64,000 nt of DNA from Isurus oxyrinchus (lineage: Eukaryota). Below, in pieces: positions 24,624 through 37,755 of the stretch. The position numbers were made by a program, and so were the translations under genes. The notes beneath the pieces were generated by a model. That model was not told the DNA's origin. It searched no databases and saw only the letters and a program-made list of their open reading frames with translations. The stretch lies in the NCBI GenBank assembly GCA_026770705.1, contig JANJGN010000031.1:10540001-10604000 (forward strand), written 5' to 3'. The number at the start of each line of letters is the position of its first letter. Position 1 is the first letter of the stretch.

Positions 24624-25699
24624 CTGGACACAAAGAGAAATATTAGAGCAACCAGCATCCAGCTCCCACCATATCCCAATTAGAGTGCTCATTTTTCTGG
24701 TCACTCCGCAATCAGGCCCCTCATTGCTCCAGCCACACTAACTACGAACCTTACAGCTACAGGTCACACCGCAACTGGGCCCCTGATAAGCTAAGTCTAA
24801 TCAGATTTTTTTCCATGCCATGGACTCTTCATCTCTTCAGTTGTCAAGAGACCTTGCACTGTCTGAACCAGGAACATATGTTGTGTACACAGCAATTTGC
24901 TGCAGCCCTGACCCACAAGTTATCTATCCTTGTTTTTTCCACTTTCTAATGCCGCAGTTGAACTGTAGTTTAGAAGTCAGGTGAACAGCCTGCAGTGTAT
25001 CCATTACTCATTAATAGCTGATTGTTGTATGATGTGGCTTATTTAGACAGGGAGAGCAGACAAGGGGAATCCCTCCCACTTTACCCAAAGTCCACGGTGG
25101 CAAATGGTAGAAGAGTGACTCATGGTACAGACTGGCTTCAATGCCTCCAGTTTAGAGAGGGATTACACACTCTTGATCACTATCCAGTGAACCCTGCAAG
25201 TGGAAAGGCTCTGCTATTCTACCCTAGCCACACAGTTCACAGGCACATGGTCACCCCTCAGCCCCTTCAGGCGAAGTACCAAGTACAGGTCATGATTTTT
25301 AAGAAAGGGAGCAAAGAGAACGTATAATTCAGCATACTATGCATGCAAGCACCAATTATTTCAATGTCATGTATTACACAAAAGCACTTTACCATTTTAC
25401 CGCTTAAGATGCTCACCAAGAGCTCAATCAAGACATTTCCTGTCAAAAATAATTTCAAGACAGTATATGAAGGAACACTGCATTACAATGGATGCCTCTG
25501 ATATTTTAAAGGAAACTCTTAGATTTTAATGAGGCACCACCCTTCTGCTCCTGGCTGCTTGTGTCACCAGAGGTCCAGTTACGAGGGAACACATTTGTGC
25601 AGCAAGCCACTGACTGATACACATCACTAAGGCACCTAATTCAATCCTAGGTCAGTGCTAGGCTAGCCCCAGTGGCCTTGGATTACTGGGAGGATTTAA

Positions 25700-26330
25700 C
25701 AGCTTGTATAGCTCCTTTAATGCAGCAAAATGCCCCAAGGCACTTCACAAGAGTGATTATCAAACAAAATTTAACATCGAACTACAAAAGTAATAATAGG
25801 ATAGATGACCAAAGAAGTAGGCTATGAGAAGCATGTTAAAAGGAGGAGAGGTAGTAGAGAGGCAGAATGCATAGGAAGGCTATTTCAGAGCTCAGCGCGT
25901 AGACAAATGAAGGCGCAGGAGCCAATGGTGGAGTAATTAAAATAGAGAATGTACAAGAGGTCAGAATTGGAGGAGAGCAAAGACCTTGAAGACTTGTGAG
26001 GCTGGAGGAGGTTACAGAGCTATGGAAGGGTGAGGCCTTGAAAACAATAACAAGTATTTTAAAATTGACAGCTTGTTGGACTGGGAGCCAGTGTAGGTCA
26101 GCAAGTACAGGGCTGATTGGCAAACATAACTTGATGAGTTAGGATAAGGGCAGCTGAGCTTTGGATGATTGAAGGAGGCTGGCCAGGAGAGCACTGGAAT
26201 AGTCAACTTCAGAGACAGCAAGGCATGAAGGAGGGTTTCAGTAGCATGAGCTAAGGCGGGGCTGGAGTTTGGTGATGTTACAGAGATATAAATGGGAAGT
26301 CTTGGTGCTGATGGAGCACGTAGGTAGTGG
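25700..26330 (-). mobile_element. L2 LINE 3' fragment
   Basis: ISPVLADLHWLPVQQAVNFKILVIVFKA, the typical L2 ORF2 end. Confidence 0.8.
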
Positions 26331-26482
26331 CAGCTCATCTCAGCCCACCCACGATTTTCTTCTTGCACACTTTCACATAACCCCCGCTGGAAGTGACAGG
26401 ATCAGGCTCAGGTGTAATGCATCCTGCAGTCAAATAGTCTATCAACACAAAGTCAAGACTCTCAAAAATAAAGTGTACTTAC

Positions 26483-26511
26483 ACGTTCATCAGGCATCAA
26501 GCGGTAATAGC
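26483..26511 (-). other. Candidate 29-nt PTC-containing cassette micro-exon
   Basis: Pyrimidine-rich tract ending CTCTCCAAAG; donor CGT|GTAAGT; in phase 2 reads RLLPLDA*. Confidence 0.45.
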
Positions 26512-27268
26512 CTTTGGAGAGATGGGGATAAGGTTGGTGTGGGAAAAAAAATTCTAATCATTTGTGCCCTTAAAAATCTACTTTTGACCAAACTTTTAGT
26601 CACCCCTGTACCCTTCTTTGGATCGGTGGTGATTTTTGTCTGATTGCACTGCTCTGGAGTGCCTTGAAATGGTTTTATGTTAAAGGTGCTATTTTGTTGT
26701 TGCTGTCAAATGACTATGCAGATCAGAAAAATTACATCTACCTGGCAAATCTGGATGGGATCTGAATTAAAAAAAAAACTTGGCCAACTGTTTCTCCTCT
26801 TTCTGATGTTGATTGCACCACTCCACTATCATGCCCAATTGACCACTGATGATCTGGGCCTTAAATGTTTACAGACCAGAGGGATTCAGAACTGAGCTGA
26901 CTCTGGTCTCTAACATGCAGATGGGTGGACTTCCATCAGTAGAGACTGGATAATGATCAGGAGACAAAAATCTTCCTCCCAAACCGGGAACACAGAAGTT
27001 AATTGAAACATCCACATCACAGTGATCTTGGCTAAGGTCGCCTAACTCAGCACAGGCCAGGAAATGAAGCTTGAACTTTCCTGTGCTGACGTGCATGGCT
27101 CATTTACTCACTGAGCCAGTAGTCTTTGAGAAAGAAGTTTACTCTCCTCCAAACCAGCCCTCTCCTTTAAGAAAATGGCCATTCTCACCTCTCCCTCTAC
27201 AGTAATTTGCATAGAACTTTCTAACATTTCTGACAGGTGTGCTCCAAACAGAACAAAATTCCACCTAC

Positions 27269-27316
27269 CTTCTTCTAATTGGAGATCTGGACTTGGACCT
27301 CATTGGAGTGAGGGAC
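27269..27316 (-). CDS. SRSF7: SRSF7-like RS exon (48 nt): (R)SLTPMRSKSRSPIRR
   Basis: Acceptor CTCTCTCTGCAG; donor AAG|GTAGGT; phase 2-2. Confidence 0.88.
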
Positions 27317-27742
27317 CTGCAGAGAGAGATAAGGTTTGCTATTTAAACCCCATTATACACTAACCATTTTAAGCTGCATCATATGAGTGCTATTTTAAAA
27401 GGGCATTCAGGCAGGTTGCTGCCATTTCATTTTATACTCCTGTAATCTTAATACTCTGAACTGCTTCTGTATGTGTGATCTAACAACCCCCAATGTGCCA
27501 CACCATTCCACTGTATCAAAATCCCAATCTAAACAAAAGCTTATATGGGAACAGCTACCATCAAGATGCAACATAATATAATGCAAGGCCACCATTAACT
27601 TTTTAAATCTCGATTTACATGGATTCAAACCAACAACATGACTCAATGTGAAGCAACTGGGCTAACAAGCCATCTAGCCCAACCGGTTACTGCAGGTGAT
27701 TATGCTCCAAACAAACATCCTTCCTTTGTACTTCATCTAACC

Positions 27743-28047
27743 CAGGGGTTGGGAACCTATGGCTCATGGGCCGGATCCAGCGCAGCAAGATTTCTAAAAA
27801 TATAGACCTACGACCGTAGCACCTTCAAAATAGTATTTATCTTCGTTACGAATTTGCTTTGGATAAAAGCGCCAGCTAAATTACTACAATAATATTTAAC
27901 AACATAAATATTTGAATTCAGCTGATGCATTAAAACAGCGGGTGAGTTGAAAAAAACTAAATTAAGTTAATGTGTGTGTGTGGGGCCCACAACTGATTTT
28001 GCCTGTGTGTGAATGGCCCGTGACAAGAAAAAGGCTCCTCAGCTGCG
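27743..28047. mobile_element. hAT/Charlie-type MITE
   Basis: Left TIR CAGGGGTTGGGAACCT; degenerate right TIR; 8-bp TSD ATCTAACC at 27735-27742 and 28048-28055. Confidence 0.8.
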
Positions 28048-28932
28048 ATCTAACCCTTTCTGCATATCCTTACATTCCTTTCTTCTTCAGGGAGTTACCT
28101 AGTTTCGCCTTAAAAGTATCTATGCTCTTTGCCTGAGCTATTCCATGTGGTAGCACTAACTACAGTGTTCGGGTTCTATATGTACAGTTAAGAACATAAG
28201 AATTTTAGGGATCACAAAGGGGCATTTAGCCTTTAAAAGCCCACAACCCTCTTATCATGGATCAACCCCAACTACCTACTATATCCCTTAATTTTTCTTT
28301 TTACAGGTGTATCGAACTGCCTCGCCCTCATTTATACTGACTGCTACAATGCTCTTCCTTAGTAAATTTATTCTATTACCTTTCCAGCTGACTTTCCTGC
28401 TCATGCCCAAGCTTTGTTTTTTAATTATAAAACTTGCAACCCCTGGTATTTTCACACTCACTGAAGTCATAGCCCAATTCATTCAGTTTCCTGTTCCCAA
28501 AGCAGCAACAAGTGTTGTTACAGGCAGGCGTGAATATCACATTGGATGAGCACCATCACACTTGTTCAAAGTTTAGTAGAGTGCTAGAGAGAAAATTAGA
28601 GAGCGCAAACACCAGAGAGGCAAGCTTCCCTTTGCCCCAAATCTCATGGCTGCTAAGTAAGCCATTCAGCCCCTCAAGCCTGCTCCGCTATTTAATTAGA
28701 TCATGATGATCTTTATATTAACTCTACCTACCTGCTTTTGTTTCCCTTAATACCCCTATCTAACAAAAAATCTAGCAATGTCAGTTTTGAAATTTTCAAT
28801 TGACCTCCAGACTCAAAAACTTTTTGGGAGGAGAGAGTTCCAGATTTTCACTACCTTTGTGTGAAGGAGTGCTTCCTGACATCAACCCTGAACAGTCTAA
28901 CTCTAATTTTAAGGTTGTTGATTGCCACTCAC

Positions 28933-28977
28933 CGACTTCTCTTCTTAGAATACGAAGGAGAACGGGAACGAGATCGG
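28933..28977 (-). CDS. SRSF7: SRSF7-like RS exon (45 nt): (R)RSRSRSPSYSKKRS
   Basis: Acceptor TTTTCCATTGCAG; donor TCG|GTGAGT; phase 2-2. Confidence 0.9.
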
Positions 28978-29083
28978 CTGCAATGGAAAAAAATTATTTA
29001 CTGAACGCCAGTCTCTGAAGGCAAAAGGAAAAGCCTTCTGGCCCAACAAACCCCAGACACCAAAGCCAAGTTCAGTAACTTAC

Positions 29084-29170
29084 CGATCACGGCTGCGGCT
29101 TCGGGATCTGGTGTAACGACGCCCCCTTGATCTGGATCTCGAACGGGAACGAGACCTAGACCGAGATCGA
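29084..29170 (-). CDS. SRSF7: SRSF7-like first RS exon (87 nt): (S)RSRSRSRSRSRSRSRGRRYTRSRSRSRD
   Basis: Acceptor TTCTGTTTTAG; donor TCG|GTAAGT; phase 2-2. Confidence 0.93.
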
Positions 29171-29395
29171 CTAAAACAGAAGAGAGTATAATGAGCTCAG
29201 GCGGTGCAAGGGCACCTGTGACAGCTAGCCACGCTGCACAAAGTGTCAAAAAAATTATCAAAATGGTTACTTTAAAAAAGTTAAACGTGGATTCATACAG
29301 CCAATTTATTGAAGCTTTAAAAAGTCACATTAAAATTAAATACTTTTATAAAAAAGGCTTGTAAAATTAAAAACTACTCCTGATAAGAAATTAAC

Positions 29396-29852
29396 CTTTA
29401 CAGAACAGATTAGCCGTCTCTGCCCCCAGAGAGATCTAGAAGATCTAGAAGACGCAGGTTGGTCTAATTATGTTCATTTCTCGTTGTGTCTAGCAGATCT
29501 TCCAAACACAGAAAGCCCAAATCAGGATACATGTGGTGCTTGATTGTGGAATATTTGAGGGGAGTTTGGACTAGGACGGACTAAGTTGGACGCTCCTCTA
29601 GCAAACCGGAGAGCCTGATTAGTTGGCTTGATGGGCGTACTTTAGCGTTACATCTTTTAAACAGGCCAATTTTCTGTATCACAAAGACCGTAGACTGATT
29701 TTTTTTTAAGGCAGGACGAAGCAGAACCTCAGGTAGAGGTATATGCGCACAACAGAAGATCTGAACCCGCAGTGGCCAAAGTTTGCTAGAAGGCCCGGTG
29801 CCATGAGGGTCAGAAGATCATTAATCATGGCGACAGACTCAAATGCAGCAAC
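29396..29852 (-). other. SRSF7: Poison cassette exon (457 nt) of the SRSF7-like gene
   Basis: Branch point GGCTAAC; acceptor CCTTTCAG; reads RLLHLSLSP* (TGA at 29825-29827), like recalled human RFLRLSQSP*; CTTCTAGATCTTCTAGATCT near the 3' end; donor AAG|GTTAAT. Confidence 0.82.
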
Positions 29853-31518
29853 CTGAAAGGTTGGATCAGGTGAATCGTTAGCCAAAGAATTATTACACCA
29901 GAAACATTGTTAATAGCCCTTGAAAAATACAGTAAACCTGGTGGTTAGGGATGAACAATAACAGGGCTAGAATTGTGTGACTGAAAACAAATCACATCAA
30001 CTTTTTAGTTCTACAAATCTAAACCCACCCCCACCCTCCAGCCCGCCCACTCCTGAAGGCCAACTAGACAAGTGCACCACACAGTTAAGTACTAAAGGTC
30101 AGAGGCCAGAAGGTCCCATATTAAATTTCCAGTTGCAATGAGTTATCCAAACTCAGCTGAGGCAGGCATTCAAGTAGTCCCAATGCCACTTGAACAATGG
30201 ATTGGAGGGAGGGGAGAGAAGAGGAGAGCTATGGAGGACTTCTGCTGAAAAGTGCAGGAGGCAAAGCCAAGTATATCCTTGACTGTGATGTCCTCCGTGC
30301 TGTAATGACCAGCTAAACTCTCGCATTAAGAATAGCCAATTGTGCAAGCAACGAGAGCTCAGCGCCAGGGGAGCCATACTCTTTGGGCAGGCGGAGGCGG
30401 GGGGGACGAAGGAGCAAACAAACCAAGTATGGCTTCTTCTGGCAATTTGCCACATGGGAAGCAGAGGGTTAAAGGCTATAGTCAATGTGGTCATAGGGCA
30501 ATTATTAAAAATTATTGTTTCATCCCTGCCACCAAAACAATCAACATAGTCCTCAAAACTAAAAATCTCAGGAAACTGTCTGGACCTGTCTGTACTACCA
30601 TATTGGCTCTAACCTGCACCTCACTAATTCATAACTTTCAATTCATTTCACAAACAGGTGAAATCTGTTAATTTGGACAGGTAAAGCATGACTTTCTCTG
30701 GTCCCATCTGGGAGTCCCAATTAACAGGGTTCAACTGCATACTACAGGTACAATGCATAGTAAACGCTTACTTTACATATACACAAGCAAATTTTAAAAA
30801 AGATCAAAACATTTAAACATGTACATATTATAGTGTTTAAACAAAAGACAAGTCAGACATTTTAATGTACACTTACATATCAAAACATTAAATATGGAGA
30901 TCAGAAAAAACTTCTAAGTCTTCTAAAAGTTTTATCAGTCACCTCAAGATATAACATTTTGAAATCCCTCCATTACCAAGTTCAGTTACCTACAGCCTAG
31001 AAAAATTCAACGCAACCCAAATGTTGCGCTGGGTTTTTTTTGGTGGGAGAGGGGAGAAGGAAGCAGGATGCAGGGGAAAACAATGTTATCTTCTAAAACT
31101 GTAGGTAACAGGACTGCCTCAATGCTGCTCTGTGCTAGAACATAACCAAGCTGAGCTTTACCAGTCACAGTGAGGCTGTTAGACCAGGAGTTTCAGTGCA
31201 TTAGATTTGAGAACAAGAAAGTGCCACATTTGATCAAATGTATTGTGGAAATTGAACCAGAGAGGGGAACAGTCAAGAAAAAGCTTGCATTGCCACCTCC
31301 GAATGAAACACTTGTGCCAGAGCAACACCGAGCTGGTAAAGTTTATATCTCTCTTACTGCTCCCTCTTGACTTTTATACAGTGTTTTCCCCATTTTGCTC
31401 AGATTTTTCAAGGGCCAGTTACATAAATAGCAGTTTGTTTCTAAGACTCATGCTTATCCCGCTGATCGGACGACACTGATATTCCCACTTTTCAATCAGC
31501 GTGCCCGTGGCAGCTTAC

Positions 31519-31698
31519 CTGATGCCGCGCCTTCTCTTGCTGTAACGGTAGCAGTCATAGGCGTAGTGGCCTCGCTCGCCGCACTGATAGCAACGGTCAT
31601 TGGGGTCAAATTGGCGGCGAGCAGGAGGGCGGCCATAGCGCGATTTGCGTGACATCCCATTTGACAGCTCAACTCTCACCCTCGATCCACAAAGGACT
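31519..31698 (-). CDS. SRSF7: SRSF7-like exon 3 (end of RRM + CCHC zinc knuckle)
   Basis: [59 protein letters not shown]; acceptor TTTCTTTCAG; donor CAG|GTAAGC. Confidence 0.96.
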
Positions 31699-32364
31699 CT
31701 GAAAGAAAAAGAGAGAGAACACTGTTTCTAAAGAGCTAGGAGGCAACAGTGCCTTACAATATAGGAAGCTTCACATCCATTTCAGGGTCTTAACCCCATG
31801 TTGAGTTCTCTACATAAATTAGAGAAAACATTTGTAACCAGCTAGCTCCGTGGAGTACTAAAACCCCATATATCTTGATCTCCAACAAAATACATTTTAA
31901 GCAAGAAACACAAAATGCTGGAAATGCACAATAGCTCCAATGATCTTTGAAAAAGGAAAGGTGGGTTCAAATTTCTGACAAGTGCCTCCAACTCTAACAC
32001 CATCCACCTTTGAAGATGACACCCTCTGCCCATTGCCAGCATAGGTTTTATTTTAATCTGAATAGTTTTTTGAAAACAGTGCATTTAATAAAAAAATATT
32101 TAATGAACGAATATGACTTCAGCAGGAGTTGAAAGCCTACTGGAATCATAAGGCCACCAATCACCCTTGCCCACGCAAACCAACTTATTCAATGAGCATC
32201 ACAGCCAAGCCCAACACAAAAGCTCCACAGATATTTCCAGGTGATGTGAACAATAGTGGAAAGAATGGCTGATTTTACCCTCCATAACACAGGATAGTGA
32301 AGACACCCGTCCTAACTGAATTCAGCTAAAACAGCACAGGCTCATAGGAAGAGCTCCAGTCCAT

Positions 32365-33460
32365 TCATAGAAACAGAAAATTTATGGCACAGAAGGTTGC
32401 CATTTGGCCCATCATGGATGTGCCAGCCAAAAAGGAGCAATCCAGCTAAATCCAATTTTCCAGCTCTTGGTCCATACACCTGCAGGTTACAGCACTTCAA
32501 TTGCATATCCTATCAGGCAGTGAGTTCTGGATCTCCAAGACTTTCCGGGTGAAATAATTTCTCAATTACTTTCTAGTCCTTCTGTCAATTACTTTAAACT
32601 GATGCCCCTGGTTACTGGCTTCTGTCCCTATCCAGTCTCTCTAGGAGTCTTACAATTTTATACACTTCAATTAAATGTCCCCTCAGCCCCCTGTTCCAAA
32701 TAAAACAACCCAAGCCTACCCAATCATTCCTCATAGCTAAAATTCTCCTGTCCTGGCAATATCTTCGTAAATTCCCCCTGTACCCTCTCTAGTGCAATCA
32801 CATCCTGCTCTGAAATGCAAAACTGTACACAATACTCTAACTGTGGCTTAATTCATGCTTTATGCAGTTCTAGCATAGCCTCTTTGCTCTTATATTCCAT
32901 GTCTCAGGCAATAAAATAAAGCATCCATGTGCCTTAGCTACCTGGCCTGCTCCCTTCAGGGATTTGTGGACATGCACTCCAAGGTCCTTCTATTGTTCTA
33001 CACTTCTCAGTAAGCTGCCATTTATTGTGTATTCCCTTGCCTTGTTTGCCCTCGCCAAATGCATTACACTTCTCCACACTGAATTCCAATTGCTATTTTT
33101 CTGCTCACCTGGCCAGTTCACTGATACCTTCTTATTCACTAGAAAGGAAAAGGCTGAGGGTTAACCTAATAAAGGTCGAGATCATTGAAGGGATGATAGA
33201 GATGATGTTTCCATTTCTGGACAAGACCAAAACTAGGGACCATAAATAACATTCATCAATAAATGCAATAGTGAATTTAGGCCAAACTTCTTCACCCAGA
33301 GTGGTTAGAGTGGAACGCATATAAGTAGTTGAGGCGTACAGCATATATGTATTTAAAAGGAAGCTAGATAAACACAAGGGCAAACGGAAAACACAGAGGG
33401 CTTGGGAAGAAGCTTGAATGGACCAGTTAGACCAAACAGCCTGTTTGTATGTTGTACATT
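32365..33460. mobile_element. Two CR1 fragments back to back (minus ~32365-33130, plus ~33135-33460)
   Basis: CR1 3' motifs on both strands (AAACTTCTTCACCCAGAGTGG on plus; TCCCCTCAGCCCC on the minus copy). Confidence 0.7.
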
Positions 33461-33630
33461 CTAAGCAAGACTAGTGATGGAAGCTGGGATCTTTGTGATC
33501 GTTTATGACAGAGGTCATTTACCATCCAAACCAACTCAGAAAACAAGGGAGCCCTGACTCAGGGTTTCCAATGAAATTGGGTGTGCTATATTATCCATGC
33601 ACATTTTGAGGGCTTTTCCAAGATACTCAC

Positions 33631-33845
33631 TTGCCGTCCATCCCACGCACAGCATCCTCTGCATCTCTGGGGTCTTCAAACTCCACAAAAGCGAAACCTG
33701 GAGGGTTCCGTGCTACCCACACGTTCCTCAAAGGACCATAATAGCTGAAAGCTCGTTCCAGCTCTCCTTTGGCAGCTCCTGTTCCCAAATCACCAACGTA
33801 GACTTTGCAGTCTGAAGCTCTGGAGCTTCTGGAGTAATACGACAT
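33631..33845 (-). CDS. SRSF7: SRSF7-like first coding exon (RRM); exon starts at 33855
   Basis: [72 protein letters not shown]; acceptor TTTTGCAG; donor CAA|GTGAGT. Confidence 0.96.
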
Positions 33846-36589
33846 TCTTCAGCTCCTGCAAAAGGCAAAAAATAAAATCAATCTCAACTGAAGCCATCGT
33901 TTTCTTCCCTTACATATCCATTGACCACTTTATGTTTTGAAATAAAACTGGCCCAGAGTCTAACCACTTATAATTCTATACAATTGAAATATTTTAGTAC
34001 CAGGTTCCTATAATGGCTATAGCTTTTATGTGCACTTGAAAGCCACCATTTTCAAATACTTAGCTGTTGAGCATGAGCAGATTTCAGGTAGTTCCTGGCT
34101 CCCCTCGAGAAAACGCTTATTGAGAGACCTTGCACAACAATGCAGCATAAAATATCTCAAGTGACAACAAATATTCACACAACTTTGAGAGCTTCATGTC
34201 CTCGCACAGTTACACTGGAGCATGCATAATTTTAAAAAATTCTTTCGCAAGAAGTAGGCGCCATTGACTAGGTCAGCTTTTGTTGCCCATCCCTAACTGC
34301 CCTTGGGAAAGTGGCGGTGAACCACTTTCTTGAGCCACTGCAGTCCATATGTTTGCGTCTAGTGTTCAGACACAGGGGTCCCAACACCTGCTGGCACTGG
34401 AGCAGATTGTACAGCAGAAACACAGGCAAGTGCAACAATAAAATGTATCTGCCTGGTCAGGACTTTACAATGAGACACACAGCTGCTTCTTCTCTCCCAA
34501 CACAGGTTTAAAATCTTTTATTTTAAAAAAAGGACATGAAATTCTTTTGTTTAAACATCTATGTAATTAAGGAGTAAGAAAACTCCAGCAACAATGTCTC
34601 CTTTCTCTCTTCGTCATTACAGTAGCCTCCCATTTTATAGTTACATAATCACAGTGGAATTTCAGATTCTCTCTGAAGTAATGCAAAGCACCGATAAGGC
34701 AATGCACAGTAATACAACATGTTGCTGCAGTATGGTATCTTGACATAGTTGAACTTGCAAAAAAAGAGCAGCAACTCAAAATTAATACAAGAAAATTTTT
34801 TGAAACATGACTAACTCCATTAAATACAAATGTCTTTTAGCTATGTAACGATTTGGTTCTCTGCAATCTCTTTTAGAAAGCAGGTTGGTATTTTTAAAAA
34901 AAAAATCATTTCAATGTTGCTGTGGCAAGTATGTTCTCTTAAATTTTAAGCACAATTTCTAATGCTTCCCATGTCACAAGGCCAATCACCATCAAGGGCA
35001 GTTCAAGGCCACAGTACACAGCTGGTCACAGGGCTGGCACACCTAACCTGTATAAGTGCAGCTGGGACAATGAGAATAAGAAATTTTAAAGCAAAGGTAG
35101 CTTTTGAGTATAATTTTGTTGTGGTTGACTAACTCGCGAACAGCCAGTCCATATTTTAATGCCTTTTGTGGATTGAAACAAAATAAGCAATTCAGTGACT
35201 CTCCACAGATATGGAGTGAGGAAGGAACCTGCAGCACTGAACTTCTCACCTGGCGTTCTGGAAAAGCACTCTTCCTTCAGTCACCAGGTATTTTGGCAAT
35301 ACCAGCTCCATGCAAATGGAGTTAATTCAGCAAACAAACAAGACCTTGCTTCAAGATTGTGTGCTTTCACCTGCGAACACACCTACATTTAATTTCTAGG
35401 TCAACTGCAGGTTCTCAAATTCGAGCTTCCCCTACTACCCCCATCCACACAGGCGCTTCATAAATTGTATTAGTTGCTTTGAAAGTTAAAATACATGCAC
35501 CAAAATCAACCAGCTATTTGGACTAAATACAAGCCCTCTGAAAAATCTCCGTAGGGCCAAGAGGCAGCCATTTAAGTCTGTTCCATCAATCAATTAGATC
35601 ATGACTAAACTGTATCTTAACTCCATTTACCAGCTGTCACTCAATGCCCAAACAATTAATCGATCTCAATTCTGAAATTTTCAATCAACCTCCAACCTCT
35701 ACAGCTTCATGGCCGAGTTTTCCAGATTTGCACTACTCGTGTGTGAAGTGCTTCTAGACATCATCCTGGAATGGCCTAGCTTGAATTTTCAGATTCCTGC
35801 TCCCATGTTCTACATCCCTGCCTCCCCAACCAAACTGGGGGAAAAATTATACTTCTATTTTCCTCAGAAGCTCCTTTAATCAGCTTAAATATCAAAGATA
35901 CATTAGAGACGACAGTCCCGCAGGAATTGCAAGGGGGCAAAGATAGAGTCCACCGCAGAGGGGAACACGGTTAAGTGAGTGAAGAGGACAGACATAAAAG
36001 GAGCTCCATGCCTTACGAGGGCAAAACATCACCACCTGACCATAAAAAGACCTGCGTCAACTAACAACCCCAATACACTGAGTGATCACACAACCAGCTT
36101 AATAACCGGCAACAAAAGCTGCACCTGAAGTATACCATTTCCATTCCTCAGGGCTTCAGAGAATAAAACAGGTGGGAGTGTTGGAAGCCCTCAAGGCTTA
36201 TGGGAATTGCATGAAAAGTCTGCATGTCAAAATTACAGTAAGACAGAAAATAGCACAGGATAGTATGAGAATGTTACACATGAACTTATGAAAAATCCTG
36301 CTCTCTCATCACACAGAGCCATAATGCCTTATACATCACAATACAGACACTCCGTAATCAAGTTGGGTTGGGGAGCAAGAGAATTTGGAAAATTACATTC
36401 CAACCCCTCATGGAATCTAGTCCAGGGAATCTCACTGACCCTGAATTATATTACAAAGCATCTACCTCTTGTACAAGGTGATATCTTCCCTATGCAGAAG
36501 CAGGTCCATCTTTTGCTAAAGGGCAATATAACCTTTATAGCACTGCACAAACTAGCAGCCTGTTCCACGGGTTTGTTAATCTCTGACAA

Positions 36590-36830
36590 AAAGAATAGCC
36601 CAACATCAGCATATCCTTCTACTACTTTTGTTATTTGCGCCTTCTCCAATTCCTTTATTAAGATAGAGATCAAAGCGTGCGTAGTGTGACCTAACCGAGG
36701 TCTATATAAGTTCAACATAATCTCTCTACTTTTCAATTGTATTCCTCTAAAACTGGGCCCTGGTGTTACTGTGAGTTTCTTTCTAAGTGGCTTTGCTGAC
36801 CTGCCTTGCTACTTAATTAATGATTTATGA
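36590..36830 (-). mobile_element. CR1 fragment
   Basis: KSREIMLNLYR...ELEKAQ on minus. Confidence 0.55.
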
Positions 36831-37755
36831 ATCTGTAGTTCAGCCCTTGCAAAACTTGTAAACATGACCGTTGGTCCTCCCTAACCTTTTCAATTTGTCC
36901 ACATGAACAGAAAAGGGGCCTCAGTCAAATCACCCCATTGCCCCACCCTTTAAGTACACACACCCAGTTCTTCTCACGCAATGACAAAATACAATGAATG
37001 CCTGAAATCTGATATGTATTTTCAGACAGGTCAGGCAACATCTATGAAGAGAGAAGCAAAGTTAATGTTTGAGGTCATTGACCTTCCATTTGAGTTTAAC
37101 TCTGCTACCCTCTCCACAGATGCTGGGTGATCTGTTGAGTATTTTCAGCATTTTCTGTTTATACCTCAGCTCTTCTAAGCCCTCATTGGTAGCTTTAAAG
37201 TAGCAATTAATCTTGTGGTCCTCCTCTGCAAAGCCTCAATGCCCCATCACATCACGGCGCCAACACTGGACACAGATGCTGCAGCTCTGCACTTAACATT
37301 TGCATTTTTACTCTTCAATCCTATTCCATCCCAGGCATTTATAAAGAGACAGGGAAGGTCTCAAACTTGTTTCAGCCAGATCGAGACATGGAAATATAAA
37401 GGTGAAAACTTAGCCTTCAAAACCACACACAATTTGTATATCTACATATAAATATATATAAACCCATAGAACTTTCCTTCTGACAGTGTTGTGTACACAA
37501 GTAGCCAAATGAAAATATATATGCAAATAACAGGTAAATCTGCTGGGTTACGTTGATATTCTTTAATTTCAACCTCTCAATTACACTCTGGCTCTTTGTT
37601 TGCAATGATACTTCTGCAGCTGTCAATCTGTTCAAGCACTTCCTAACCTCCATCTTGGATACTCTTGTTCTCAACATCCCTTAATCTCATTCTGGTCACC
37701 ACCCCTAGTACAGCCCATTTTCACTCCCTTAAGTCCAAGAGAAGCAGATCTCAAC

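Noticed and set aside
28998-29261. 87-aa ORF with a signal-peptide-like N-terminus
   Set aside because: Alternative-frame reading across the RS exon and its introns.
32365-33460. Second apparent twin-priming CR1
   Set aside because: Both halves carry their own 3' tail, so they are two separate copies.
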